Below are positions 53,064 to 61,201 of a stretch of DNA of 64,000 bases, piece after piece. The notes beneath the pieces were generated by a model. The model was not told the origin of the DNA. It saw only the letters and a list, made by a program, of their open reading frames with translations, and did no database searches. Origin of the DNA: Escherichia coli 042 (GTDB taxonomy: Bacteria; Pseudomonadota; Gammaproteobacteria; Enterobacterales; Enterobacteriaceae); NCBI RefSeq assembly GCF_000027125.1, contig NC_017626.1, one strand, 5' to 3'. Within the stretch, counting starts at the first letter, position 1; each line of letters starts with the position of its first letter. The translations under genes and the position numbers were made by a program.

Positions 53064-55124
53064 TCACTTCTTCATCTGCGACAATATCGTCCGACACTGA
53101 TTAGCCTCCCCTTCGGAAGGTGAGATCAGCGCCAGTAACGCCGCCGCTGGCGTAACCAGCGTTGCCAGTGCCGCCGCAACGGCTCCGCGAGCAATCAACG
53201 GCCCGGCTTTCACCCCAGCCTGCGGATTTTTAAACGTCCCACGCACATACAGCGGCGAACGCAGTGTGATAATCCGAATTCCTTTACTCTCCGGATCAAT
53301 AGTCAAATCCAGCTGTTCCGAAGCAAAACTTGCCGTGCCGGTAATGTTAATCAACGCGTTCTCAGTATCGAAAGCAAAAATCTGCGGACGCGCCACGCCG
53401 TTGGCAATATCCAGATTCGCCGCCGCACAGTTCACCCGCACCTCATCGTCACCAAATATCGCACCGACAATGTAGTTACCGACATTCAGCCCGACAATCT
53501 CCATCAGGTTGCGGCTCACCAGCCCGTCATTCATCAGCAGTTTCAGGTTGCCGTTACTGTTGCCTAAAAGCGCCGCCACCGAGTTACCGCTACCGCGTAG
53601 TTCCGCGTCACCGTTCATTTCCCCCAGCGTCTTCTGCATCAGTTCTACATCGGGCATCAGTTCTTTCAGTTTCAGCCGACGAGCCTGAATATCCGCCCGC
53701 CCCTGCATCGGTTTTTTATCGCCCTCCAGATGAATATTCGCCGCAATGCTGCCGCCCGCCATGCCAAATTTCAGCGGTTGCAGGCGCAGGTCAGCATTTT
53801 TGAGGATGATATGAGTAGAAAGATCGCTAATCGGCAGGCTACTGCCATGCTCAATGCGCCGCCCTTTGAAGCGAACATCGGCATCCATAACGTCCCATTT
53901 ATCGGTTTCGAAGCGGTCATAAGGCAGCACTTTGCCCGCAGGCTGAATGCTTTTTTCACCCTTCTTCTGTTCAGACCGTTTCGACTTTTCAGCTCCTTTC
54001 CCGGAATCAACGCCAATCAACGGTCCCAGGTCCACCAGCCGCAATTGCCGCGACTCGACATCACCTTCTAGTTTTGGTCGTGGCTTGCCGGTGGTGTAGA
54101 CCAGAGAACCGTGGATATCGCTATCGCCAATGCGCCCATTAAAACCGCGATAATCAAAGACCGACGATTTTTCAGTGTCGATTTTCGCTACCAGCCGACC
54201 ATCCGTTTCAAACGGCGGGGTATCGGGCAGCAGAACGCCCGTCAGTTCATAGAGATCACCCAGCGAATCGCCAGAAAATTTAAGCCGTAAATCGACACCA
54301 CCCATCTTCATTGGGTCATTCACAACGCCATCAAAAGCAACACGGGTGTTACCAGAGCGGAAATCAGCCTGTACCGGAAACGGCGTCCCTTCGCCACGCA
54401 GCGCCAGCATACCGCCAATTTTCCCCTTACCCGCGAGCGGCTCTCCGTTATAACGTCCCTGCGCCTTCAGGCCAAAAACGTAATCGCCCACCTTTTCTTT
54501 ATCCGCTTTACCTTTCGATCCAGTAACTTCGCTGAACGGCAGCGGCTTGCCTAACGGATCGACAAAAATTTCCAGATCCGCTTTGCTTACTTTGTCATCA
54601 ATGGCGATCCGCCCTTGATCGAACAGAATATTATCCAGCCGAAACGACCATGCCGACGGCTTTGCATTCGTGTCTTTGTTGTCATCGTTGGCGAGATTAA
54701 AGGTCCAGTTATTGTTCTTTTCAGAGAGGCGAATCAGGCGTGCGTCGGGCTTTTCCAGTTTGATCCACGGTAGCCAGACCGTTTTGGTCAGCAGCGCCAA
54801 CGGTGCCAGCGTTGCCTCTACGCGTGGCAAATGCACCATCGTGACTTCGGGAATATCCGGTGGATTGCCAAGAATGATGTCTTCCGCGTGTACATGGGGC
54901 CACGGCACCCAGCTGCGCCAGCCAGTTTCTTGTTTTTGTCGCTCCCACTCCACGCCCAGATCGCCACGGATAGCGAACGGACGATTCAGTTCAGTAGAGA
55001 CTTTCTGGTTGATGGTCGGTTTAAGGCGATTCCAGTCAAAAGTTGCAATCAAAATGATCGCCACGACAATCAACAACAAGAAAGCCCCTGAAATCGCAGC
55101 GGTTATTTTGCCTGCCTTGCTCAT
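53064..55124 (-). CDS. yhjG: AsmA-family protein YhjG
   Basis: MSKAGKITAAISGAFLLLIVVAIILIATFDWNRLKP... has an N-terminal anchor. 686 aa from the internal ATG. Confidence 0.92.
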   Translation of the reverse strand: MSKAGKITAAISGAFLLLIVVAIILIATFDWNRLKPTINQKVSTELNRPFAIRGDLGVEWERQKQETGWRSWVPWPHVHAEDIILGNPPDIPEVTMVHLPRVEATLAPLALLTKTVWLPWIKLEKPDARLIRLSEKNNNWTFNLANDDNKDTNAKPSAWSFRLDNILFDQGRIAIDDKVSKADLEIFVDPLGKPLPFSEVTGSKGKADKEKVGDYVFGLKAQGRYNGEPLAGKGKIGGMLALRGEGTPFPVQADFRSGNTRVAFDGVVNDPMKMGGVDLRLKFSGDSLGDLYELTGVLLPDTPPFETDGRLVAKIDTEKSSVFDYRGFNGRIGDSDIHGSLVYTTGKPRPKLEGDVESRQLRLVDLGPLIGVDSGKGAEKSKRSEQKKGEKSIQPAGKVLPYDRFETDKWDVMDADVRFKGRRIEHGSSLPISDLSTHIILKNADLRLQPLKFGMAGGSIAANIHLEGDKKPMQGRADIQARRLKLKELMPDVELMQKTLGEMNGDAELRGSGNSVAALLGNSNGNLKLLMNDGLVSRNLMEIVGLNVGNYIVGAIFGDDEVRVNCAAANLDIANGVARPQIFAFDTENALINITGTASFASEQLDLTIDPESKGIRIITLRSPLYVRGTFKNPQAGVKAGPLIARGAVAAALATLVTPAAALLALISPSEGEANQCRTILSQMKK

Positions 55125-55193
55125 CGTTCGCTTCCTCATATTCTTCCTGTGCCAGTCCTAAAGATAGTCCAGCCAGGCGGAAAATGAGGCAGC

Positions 55194-55961
55194 TTATAGC
55201 GCCAGAACCGCCGTATTCAGCGTTTCTATCGGTGCCGGGCGTGAAAGAAACCAGCCTTGTGCGGCGAATGCGGGCGAGTTCTGAACATCACGCCACTCTT
55301 CCGGCGTTTCTACGCCCTCGACGATCACCCCGCGACAATAGCGATTCATGAGATGTAAAAGCTGAGAAAAGAGTGTGCGTCCTTCCGGCGACTGACGCAG
55401 CATCACAAACAGCTCTCGCGCGATTTTGATGTAGTCATAACGCACTTCACTTAGCGCAGAGAAATTTGCCATCCCGGTGCCAAAATCATCCAGCCACAGC
55501 GGGCCAAATTCACACATCGAGGCAAAGGTTGAATCTTTCGGCAGACGGATGTGTTCCACCAGTTCGAAACGCAGCCAGGGAAGACGCTCAATCTGGCGCA
55601 GGATTTTTGGTTGCTGACGCAGGGCGATGAGCGTAGGGCCATCAATATTGACCGATGCCAGCAGGTCGTGCTCTACAAAGAAGTCGGCTTTTTGCGCCAG
55701 CAAATCAATCTGCTCTTTCACAACCTCCATCCGATAGCTGACGGTGATTTCAGTAAAATAGCGATCCGGCGGCAGGCGTTGCGAAGGGTTCAAGGGATGC
55801 GTGACCACCGTTAATAGCTCCACGGCCATTAACCGCCCGCATGTTTGATAGATCGGCTGCCAGGTGTAAGCACGCTCACACTGCAACCAAAAACGCCGTT
55901 CCTGCAAGCTCTCGATGCTTGCTTCAGGGTTGCTTATTCGCTGGATAACCTGCCTTATCAT
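55194..55961 (-). CDS. pdeH: c-di-GMP phosphodiesterase PdeH (EAL domain)
   Basis: MIRQVIQRISNPEASIESLQERRFWLQCERAYTWQPIY..., 255 aa from the internal ATG. EAL-domain motifs ELL, DDFGTG and EGVET are present. Confidence 0.93.
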   Translation of the reverse strand: MIRQVIQRISNPEASIESLQERRFWLQCERAYTWQPIYQTCGRLMAVELLTVVTHPLNPSQRLPPDRYFTEITVSYRMEVVKEQIDLLAQKADFFVEHDLLASVNIDGPTLIALRQQPKILRQIERLPWLRFELVEHIRLPKDSTFASMCEFGPLWLDDFGTGMANFSALSEVRYDYIKIARELFVMLRQSPEGRTLFSQLLHLMNRYCRGVIVEGVETPEEWRDVQNSPAFAAQGWFLSRPAPIETLNTAVLAL

Positions 55962-56107
55962 CAAAGATGTCCTGTGTTTAAAAGTGATGCTGCCCGGACT
56001 CGACAAAGATTATCGGCGCGCAAGGGCAGAACTTTACCGCCTGGCCGGGTTAAATTTCCCCACTCCACAACGGAATCTTTCAGGAATACGTTCTGGCTCA
56101 AAAAAAT

Positions 56108-56126
56108 AATGGAACACTGTTTTAAT
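56108..56126. promoter_or_regulatory. KdgR-operator-like site upstream of kdgK
   Basis: aatggaacactgttttaat resembles the KdgR half-site pattern AATGAAACA-N-TGTTTCATT. It lies 67-85 nt upstream of the kdgK ATG. Confidence 0.5.
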
Positions 56127-56192
56127 ATGGTTGACCAGCAAACCACCACAGCGCAAACTAACGCTAATTTTTTACAGATCAGGTTCACGACT

Positions 56193-57122
56193 ATGTCCAA
56201 AAAGATTGCCGTGATTGGCGAATGCATGATTGAGCTTTCCGAGAAAGGCGCGGACGTTAAGCGCGGTTTCGGCGGCGATACCCTGAACACCTCCGTCTAT
56301 ATCGCCCGTCAGGTCGATCCTGCGGCATTAACCGTTCATTACGTAACGGCGCTGGGAACGGACAGTTTTAGCCAGCAAATGCTGGACGCCTGGCACGGCG
56401 AGAACGTTGATACTTCCCTGACCCAACGGATGGAAAACCGTCTTCCGGGCCTTTACTACATTGAAACCGACAGCACCGGCGAACGTACGTTCTACTACTG
56501 GCGTAACGAAGCCGCCGCCAAATTCTGGCTGGAGAGCGAGCAGTCTGCGGCGATTTGCGAAGAGCTGGCGAATTTCGATTATCTCTACCTGAGCGGGATT
56601 AGCCTGGCGATCTTAAGCCCGACCAGCCGCGAGAAACTGCTTTCTTTGTTGCGCGAATGCCGCGCCAACGGCGGAAAAGTAATTTTCGACAATAACTATC
56701 GTCCGCGCCTGTGGGCCAGCAAAGAAGAGACACAGCAGGTGTACCAGCAAATGCTGGAATGCACGGATATCGCCTTCCTGACGCTGGACGACGAAGACGC
56801 GCTATGGGGTCAACAGCCGGTGGAAGACGTCATTGCGCGCACCCATAACGCGGGCGTGAAAGAAGTGGTGGTGAAACGCGGGGCGGATTCTTGCCTGGTG
56901 TCCATTGCTGGCGAAGGGTTAGTGGATGTTCCGGCGGTGAAACTGCCGAAAGAAAAAGTGATCGATACCACCGCAGCTGGCGACTCTTTCAGTGCCGGTT
57001 ATCTGGCGGTACGTTTGACGGGCGGCAGTGCGGAAAACGCGGCGAAACGCGGGCACCTGACCGCAAGTACCGTTATTCAGTATCGCGGCGCGATTATCCC
57101 GCGTGAGGCAATGCCGGAATAA
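56193..57122 (+). CDS. kdgK: 2-dehydro-3-deoxygluconokinase (PfkB family)
   Basis: MSKKIAVIGECMIELSEKGADVKRGFGGDTLNTSVY..., 309 aa from the ATG at 56193, with the DTTAAGDSF motif. The track ORF is over-extended into pdeH. Confidence 0.95.
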   Translation: MSKKIAVIGECMIELSEKGADVKRGFGGDTLNTSVYIARQVDPAALTVHYVTALGTDSFSQQMLDAWHGENVDTSLTQRMENRLPGLYYIETDSTGERTFYYWRNEAAAKFWLESEQSAAICEELANFDYLYLSGISLAILSPTSREKLLSLLRECRANGGKVIFDNNYRPRLWASKEETQQVYQQMLECTDIAFLTLDDEDALWGQQPVEDVIARTHNAGVKEVVVKRGADSCLVSIAGEGLVDVPAVKLPKEKVIDTTAAGDSFSAGYLAVRLTGGSAENAAKRGHLTASTVIQYRGAIIPREAMPE

Positions 57123-57678
57123 TGGTTTTTGACGGAGAACGGGTAGATATTCGTTCTCCGTTAATCGCCTTGCAGGGGTGAACCGAACTATGCTGATAAT
57201 TTGAAGTAAACTGCTGACGCATATCATTCAAACTACGCGTAAATTTAAGCGGGTTCTCACCTTTAATTTCGACCGTGACGAAGACATTCCCATTGTTGTT
57301 AAAGAAGCCAAAATAATAGTCATGTTGATGACGACGATTGGTTTTAAATTGACGAAATGATAAATAGCAGCGGTTATCGTAGGTAATTAAAAAATCATTT
57401 TCTCCGTATTCGTTTATCATCTTATTTTTCAGGCTACCATCGAAGAGCACTGCATACTTATCTTTGTCAGCAAATAATTCGGCATCAGTTTCTCGGTTGA
57501 TCGTGTTGACGCTGATACCGAATTCTATTTTTACCTTGTCTTTATCGATATTATTTCTTGTGCTGACATACATATTATTGGCATCCCAGAGTAAGAGAAA
57601 GTTTTTGTTGCAGGAATAAAGACCTGTTAAGCAAAGAATGACTGTTAGCAAGAATAGTATGCGTTTTTTGTTACGCAT
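57094..57678 (-). CDS. island ORF E: secreted or lipoprotein-like protein of unknown function, with a 3' end running into core DNA
   Basis: 194 aa with signal peptide MRNKKRILFLLTVILCLTGLYSC and SD AGGAG 5 nt before the ATG. The last ~24 codons lie outside the repeat-bounded insert and overlap the kdgK 3' end by 29 nt. Confidence 0.6.
   Translation of the reverse strand: MRNKKRILFLLTVILCLTGLYSCNKNFLLLWDANNMYVSTRNNIDKDKVKIEFGISVNTINRETDAELFADKDKYAVLFDGSLKNKMINEYGENDFLITYDNRCYLSFRQFKTNRRHQHDYYFGFFNNNGNVFVTVEIKGENPLKFTRSLNDMRQQFTSNYQHSSVHPCKAINGERISTRSPSKTIIPALPHAG
57132..57161. terminator. hairpin immediately after kdgK
   Basis: 10-bp perfect stem acggagaacg-(10 nt)-cgttctccgt. Its last 4 nt overlap the left copy of the 9-bp direct repeat. 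Confidence 0.6.
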
Positions 57679-57739
57679 TTATACTCCTGAAAATGCGTTG
57701 AGGTCGCAAATATAATTAAATAGTCTGACATAAATAAAA

Positions 57740-58060
57740 TTAATTCCCTATCAATAATACATCTGCGACTTTTCTTGGTCCTTCGTAGATCTCAAATGCC
57801 TCGTACTTAGTCATCCATTGTTCAGGGGCGGTATCGAAAAGGAACTGAACGCACCCCATTGAAACGATACGTCCATCGGTTACATTAGGTTTTTCCAATT
57901 CAAAAACAACGCTCCATGCATTATTTTGCCAGTCAGTTTTCTCCTCTGGAAACCTGGAGACGGGATAATATCTACCGATAGGAGGTGCGCTCCTTCTGCC
58001 ACCTTCATTTTCTGTAAGCCAAACAACCTTTACACGATACATATGTTTCCATTCATTCAT
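57740..58060 (-). CDS. island ORF D: stand-alone EF-Tu domain III-like beta-barrel protein
   Basis: 106 aa. H-MYRVKVVWLTENEGGRRS...GRYYP...FEIYEGPRKVADVLLIGN aligns with EF-Tu [20 protein letters not shown]...GYRP...[20 protein letters not shown]. The start lies 3 nt after the ORF C stop. Confidence 0.7.
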   Translation of the reverse strand: MNEWKHMYRVKVVWLTENEGGRRSAPPIGRYYPVSRFPEEKTDWQNNAWSVVFELEKPNVTDGRIVSMGCVQFLFDTAPEQWMTKYEAFEIYEGPRKVADVLLIGN

Positions 58061-58063
58061 TAA

Positions 58064-58543
58064 TTAAATTAAGTGTGAATTATATAATATTGCCACCCCA
58101 TGCGATCTTTCCCATTTTAGTCCATCAACTAATAATGATAGAAAAGAATACTGGAAGCTTATATTTTTAATCACTTCTATTTTTTCATCATCTAATGACA
58201 AGATTACCCACCCCCCGTAATTTTTGCTAACCAGGTTGTTAATAAATTTAATTATAGGATTGGTTGAAATATCCTTTCCTTTATTCACAGCCATTTCCAG
58301 GTCATCGACTAAAGAACCATTGAAGTTGTAAACATGATATTCATTAAAGTCTATGTGCTCATCTAAAGGTGGGCCATAAGTAATCGGTAGATTGCATCTC
58401 TGCAAAAGATGATGATTACACCAGGCGTATACCGGAGGGTCGCGATGAAAGGTTTCCCCACCCCAGTGAACCATAACCTCTTGTAGATCTAGTTCCTCTG
58501 GAGCGAATCGTGTAGGGAGTAAAATATCCAAGTGAAAATCCAT
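58064..58543 (-). CDS. island ORF C: hypothetical protein (159 aa)
   Basis: AT-rich ORF with SD-like AGGATAGG before the ATG. It is coupled to ORF D. I recognise no motif. Confidence 0.6.
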   Translation of the reverse strand: MDFHLDILLPTRFAPEELDLQEVMVHWGGETFHRDPPVYAWCNHHLLQRCNLPITYGPPLDEHIDFNEYHVYNFNGSLVDDLEMAVNKGKDISTNPIIKFINNLVSKNYGGWVILSLDDEKIEVIKNISFQYSFLSLLVDGLKWERSHGVAILYNSHLI

Positions 58544-58642
58544 AGCCTATCCTAAATTTGGCACCCATAACATAAACTGTGTAAGAATCAACGACTGCCC
58601 CCCCAAAAATGGGAAAATTTACTTATTATGCAAAGTTACTTA

Positions 58643-58897
58643 TTAAGAAGCCCATTCCTCATTTTTTGGCAAATAGCCCTTTCGCCAACAGGTCAGAATC
58701 TTAAAACTCGCTCGCAAATAAAATTTATTAGCCGAATCGTTTTTAACCATTCTGACTAATGTCATCTCACCCGTTCTTTTATCTATCACGAACTCGCCGT
58801 AATCAGATCTACAATAGTCAGAAGATGTAGGTCCAAATTCATATTTTACTACTTTATCAGTTTCTTCAATTTTCAATATTTCTATATGATAGGCCAT
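58643..58897 (-). CDS. island ORF B: hypothetical small protein (84 aa)
   Basis: Its start overlaps the ORF A stop (TAATG). I recognise no motif. Confidence 0.6.
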   Translation of the reverse strand: MAYHIEILKIEETDKVVKYEFGPTSSDYCRSDYGEFVIDKRTGEMTLVRMVKNDSANKFYLRASFKILTCWRKGYLPKNEEWAS

Positions 58898-59322
58898 TAT
58901 TTAACACCATCTATTGCCTGGCATCGTATACAGCTAAAACCAGTAGCTAAAATCTCAACATAACTATCATAACCTGCTATAATATAATGTTTTAACTTTA
59001 ACCGTTTTTTAGGGTCATATAATCTCTCTTTTTCTTCAAGCGGTACAGAATTCATTACTTGATATATACCGGAGTCCAGATTTTCACCATCAACCTTCTT
59101 AATAACAATATTGTTATAGTTGGCTTCATGAAAATTGACGGTAGCACACTTAACTTCAGCAACTGTAGTGAAGACCAGTTCAATTTGAACATAATCTTTC
59201 TCTGTTGATATTAACTCCAGAGCATCTACTTTAATGTTGACGCCATCAGACTCTGTATATGTTAAAGATAAATAAGTTGTGGAAATCCTGAATCCAATCG
59301 ATTGTGATTTTAACACAAGCAT
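58897..59322 (-). CDS. island ORF A: hypothetical protein (141 aa)
   Basis: The ATG at 59322 lies 7 nt after GGAAGGAG. The track's GTG start at 59346 is less likely. The predicted pattern is beta-rich, and I recognise no motif. Confidence 0.6.
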   Translation of the reverse strand: MLVLKSQSIGFRISTTYLSLTYTESDGVNIKVDALELISTEKDYVQIELVFTTVAEVKCATVNFHEANYNNIVIKKVDGENLDSGIYQVMNSVPLEEKERLYDPKKRLKLKHYIIAGYDSYVEILATGFSCIRCQAIDGVK

Positions 59323-59489
59323 AAACTCACTCCTTCCAGTAGGCACAGGTATAATTTATTCAGCTAATAAATAATTAAACCCACTCTACGGTAAGTTTAT
59401 TTTAATAATGAATGGTTATCTGCGCGCTACCGCCGTGCCCGGAAAAATATCTGCGGTTATATCACGGTAACTAATTTATTACCGTTAAT

Positions 59490-59518
59490 CCCGGCAGCGC
59501 AGAAGAAACGCTGCCGGG
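59490..59518. terminator. bidirectional terminator hairpin downstream of yhjJ
   Basis: 10-bp perfect stem cccggcagcg-(9 nt)-cgctgccggg followed by ttatttatt on the + strand. It starts at the last base of the right direct-repeat copy. Confidence 0.75.
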
Positions 59519-59525
59519 TTATTTA

Positions 59526-61022
59526 TTACTGTGCGGGGGGAATATCCGTCACTTCAGGATGTACGTCATCCGTGGCGACAGAGGTGGTCGCAGCGGCGGT
59601 AGATGGGGTCATGATTTGATCCCAGGCCGCCTGCAACGCTTTCATGTTAAATTCCGGCTCGCCTTTCGGCTGCAGAAGTATTAACGCCATATCATTCGAC
59701 AACTGCTGACGCAGATCCTGATTTAACATCTCCACCGTCAGGCTGTTAAGGAAGTCCTGGCGCAGTTTCTGATATTGCTCCGGCGCGATATCAACGACCT
59801 GATTTTGCAACGAACGCATCCGCTGACCCATCAGAATATCGGTATCAGCTCGCGCATAGGCGGCAAACAGTTTCTGCAGCTCCAGTTTCTTTTGCGCCAC
59901 TAACGCATTGAACTCTTCTTCCGGCAGACCTTTATCGCGAACCTTCGCCAGTTCACGCGCCACCAGATTAAGGTTGCTGCTCAGCTTGTCGTTTGGTGAT
60001 TCGATGTTAATGGCACACTGCGCACGCAGATACAGCACACGACAGTCAAATCCAAGACCGATATCTTTGCTGTTACTGGCGCTTAACGCTTGCTGAACAT
60101 GCCAGAACAGCGCCTCACGGGCCAGGTCCGCACGCCAGTAGCGCAGCAGTGCGGCTGATTCACGAATCGGCTGCCACGGCGTATCCCACATGATTGATAA
60201 CCGGTCCTGACGCACCGCGTCAGTCATAATACTCACCGCTTCCGCACGCAGCGGAGAAAGCGTCGGCACCGGAGCCGGTGTTTCACGTTTGCCTTTCAGT
60301 TCGCCAAACGTTTTATTGATTTGGTCGACGACCGAGCGCGCATCCACGTTTCCCACCACCAGCAGCGTCATTGCATCCGGGGTATACCATTTCTGATAGA
60401 AATCTTTAATCTTTTCCGCTTCAACGGGTTGTTTCAGCGGATCGGCAGGATCGTGACCTAACAAGGTTGATCCTTTCAGACGATAGCGCCACCAGCCCTC
60501 TTTAGTATCGGCAGGCCAGGTTGCCACCATGTCCTGACTTTGCAGCGCGTGGTTGATGGTTTCTGGCGTGATAGTCAGTTTGCCAGTGGCATTTGCCAGA
60601 TAAGAGAGCGCTTCTTTCAGCAAGTCGTTACGGTTATTGGGCAAACTCAGATTAAACAGCGTGGTGTCATAAGAGACAATTACCGGCGGCATCGGGCGTT
60701 TAGGGTCGATCCCCTGCTGCCACAATGAACGCGCCTGTGCTGCTTCAAGGCCACCGCTTTGCGTTAACGCAATACGAGGGATGGCGTGGCTGTAACCGCT
60801 CTGTTGTGTACTTTCGGCGAGCGAACCGGTATTAACCAGCAGGCGAATTTCAACACGATCGCTGGGACGCTGGGGTGTGGTCAGCACTTGCCACTGTAAA
60901 CCGTTGGAAAGCGTCCCCTGTTGCCATGCTGGATCAGGCTGGAGCGCATCTGCCTGCACATAGCCAGCAGTGGCCATCATCAGCAAACCGCCCGCTAAAA
61001 GTCGAATTTTTGTGCCCTGCAT
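59526..61022 (-). CDS. yhjJ: periplasmic M16-family (pitrilysin-like) peptidase homologue YhjJ
   Basis: 498 aa with signal peptide MQGTKIRLLAGGLLMMATAGYVQA. Confidence 0.92.
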   Translation of the reverse strand: MQGTKIRLLAGGLLMMATAGYVQADALQPDPAWQQGTLSNGLQWQVLTTPQRPSDRVEIRLLVNTGSLAESTQQSGYSHAIPRIALTQSGGLEAAQARSLWQQGIDPKRPMPPVIVSYDTTLFNLSLPNNRNDLLKEALSYLANATGKLTITPETINHALQSQDMVATWPADTKEGWWRYRLKGSTLLGHDPADPLKQPVEAEKIKDFYQKWYTPDAMTLLVVGNVDARSVVDQINKTFGELKGKRETPAPVPTLSPLRAEAVSIMTDAVRQDRLSIMWDTPWQPIRESAALLRYWRADLAREALFWHVQQALSASNSKDIGLGFDCRVLYLRAQCAINIESPNDKLSSNLNLVARELAKVRDKGLPEEEFNALVAQKKLELQKLFAAYARADTDILMGQRMRSLQNQVVDIAPEQYQKLRQDFLNSLTVEMLNQDLRQQLSNDMALILLQPKGEPEFNMKALQAAWDQIMTPSTAAATTSVATDDVHPEVTDIPPAQ

Positions 61023-61201
61023 GTGAACCCCTGATCAACTATCCTGGTAATAAAAAACTGCCCGTTGTCGGTCAGTCTAAATGACGTTAAAAACACTTCG
61101 TGTTAGACCGCAAGAACATGAAAATGTCACGGAAGAAGTGAAATAAACCTGAACTCACCCAGGTGGTAAGTTCAGGCACAGGGGTCAATTATGCGCAAAC
61201 A

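Larger units (their letters stand above)
57167..59490. other. AT-rich five-ORF insertion between kdgK and yhjJ (candidate novel immunity or defence locus)
   Basis: Bounded by ccgttaatc at 57158-57166 and 59482-59490. Composition visibly shifts to AT-rich. Five same-strand ORFs and no mobility genes. Confidence 0.7.

Noticed and set aside
55845-56192. 116-codon N-terminal extension of kdgK in the track ORF
   Set aside because: The extension overlaps pdeH on the opposite strand. The recognised KdgK N-terminus (MSKKIAVIGECM) starts at 56193.
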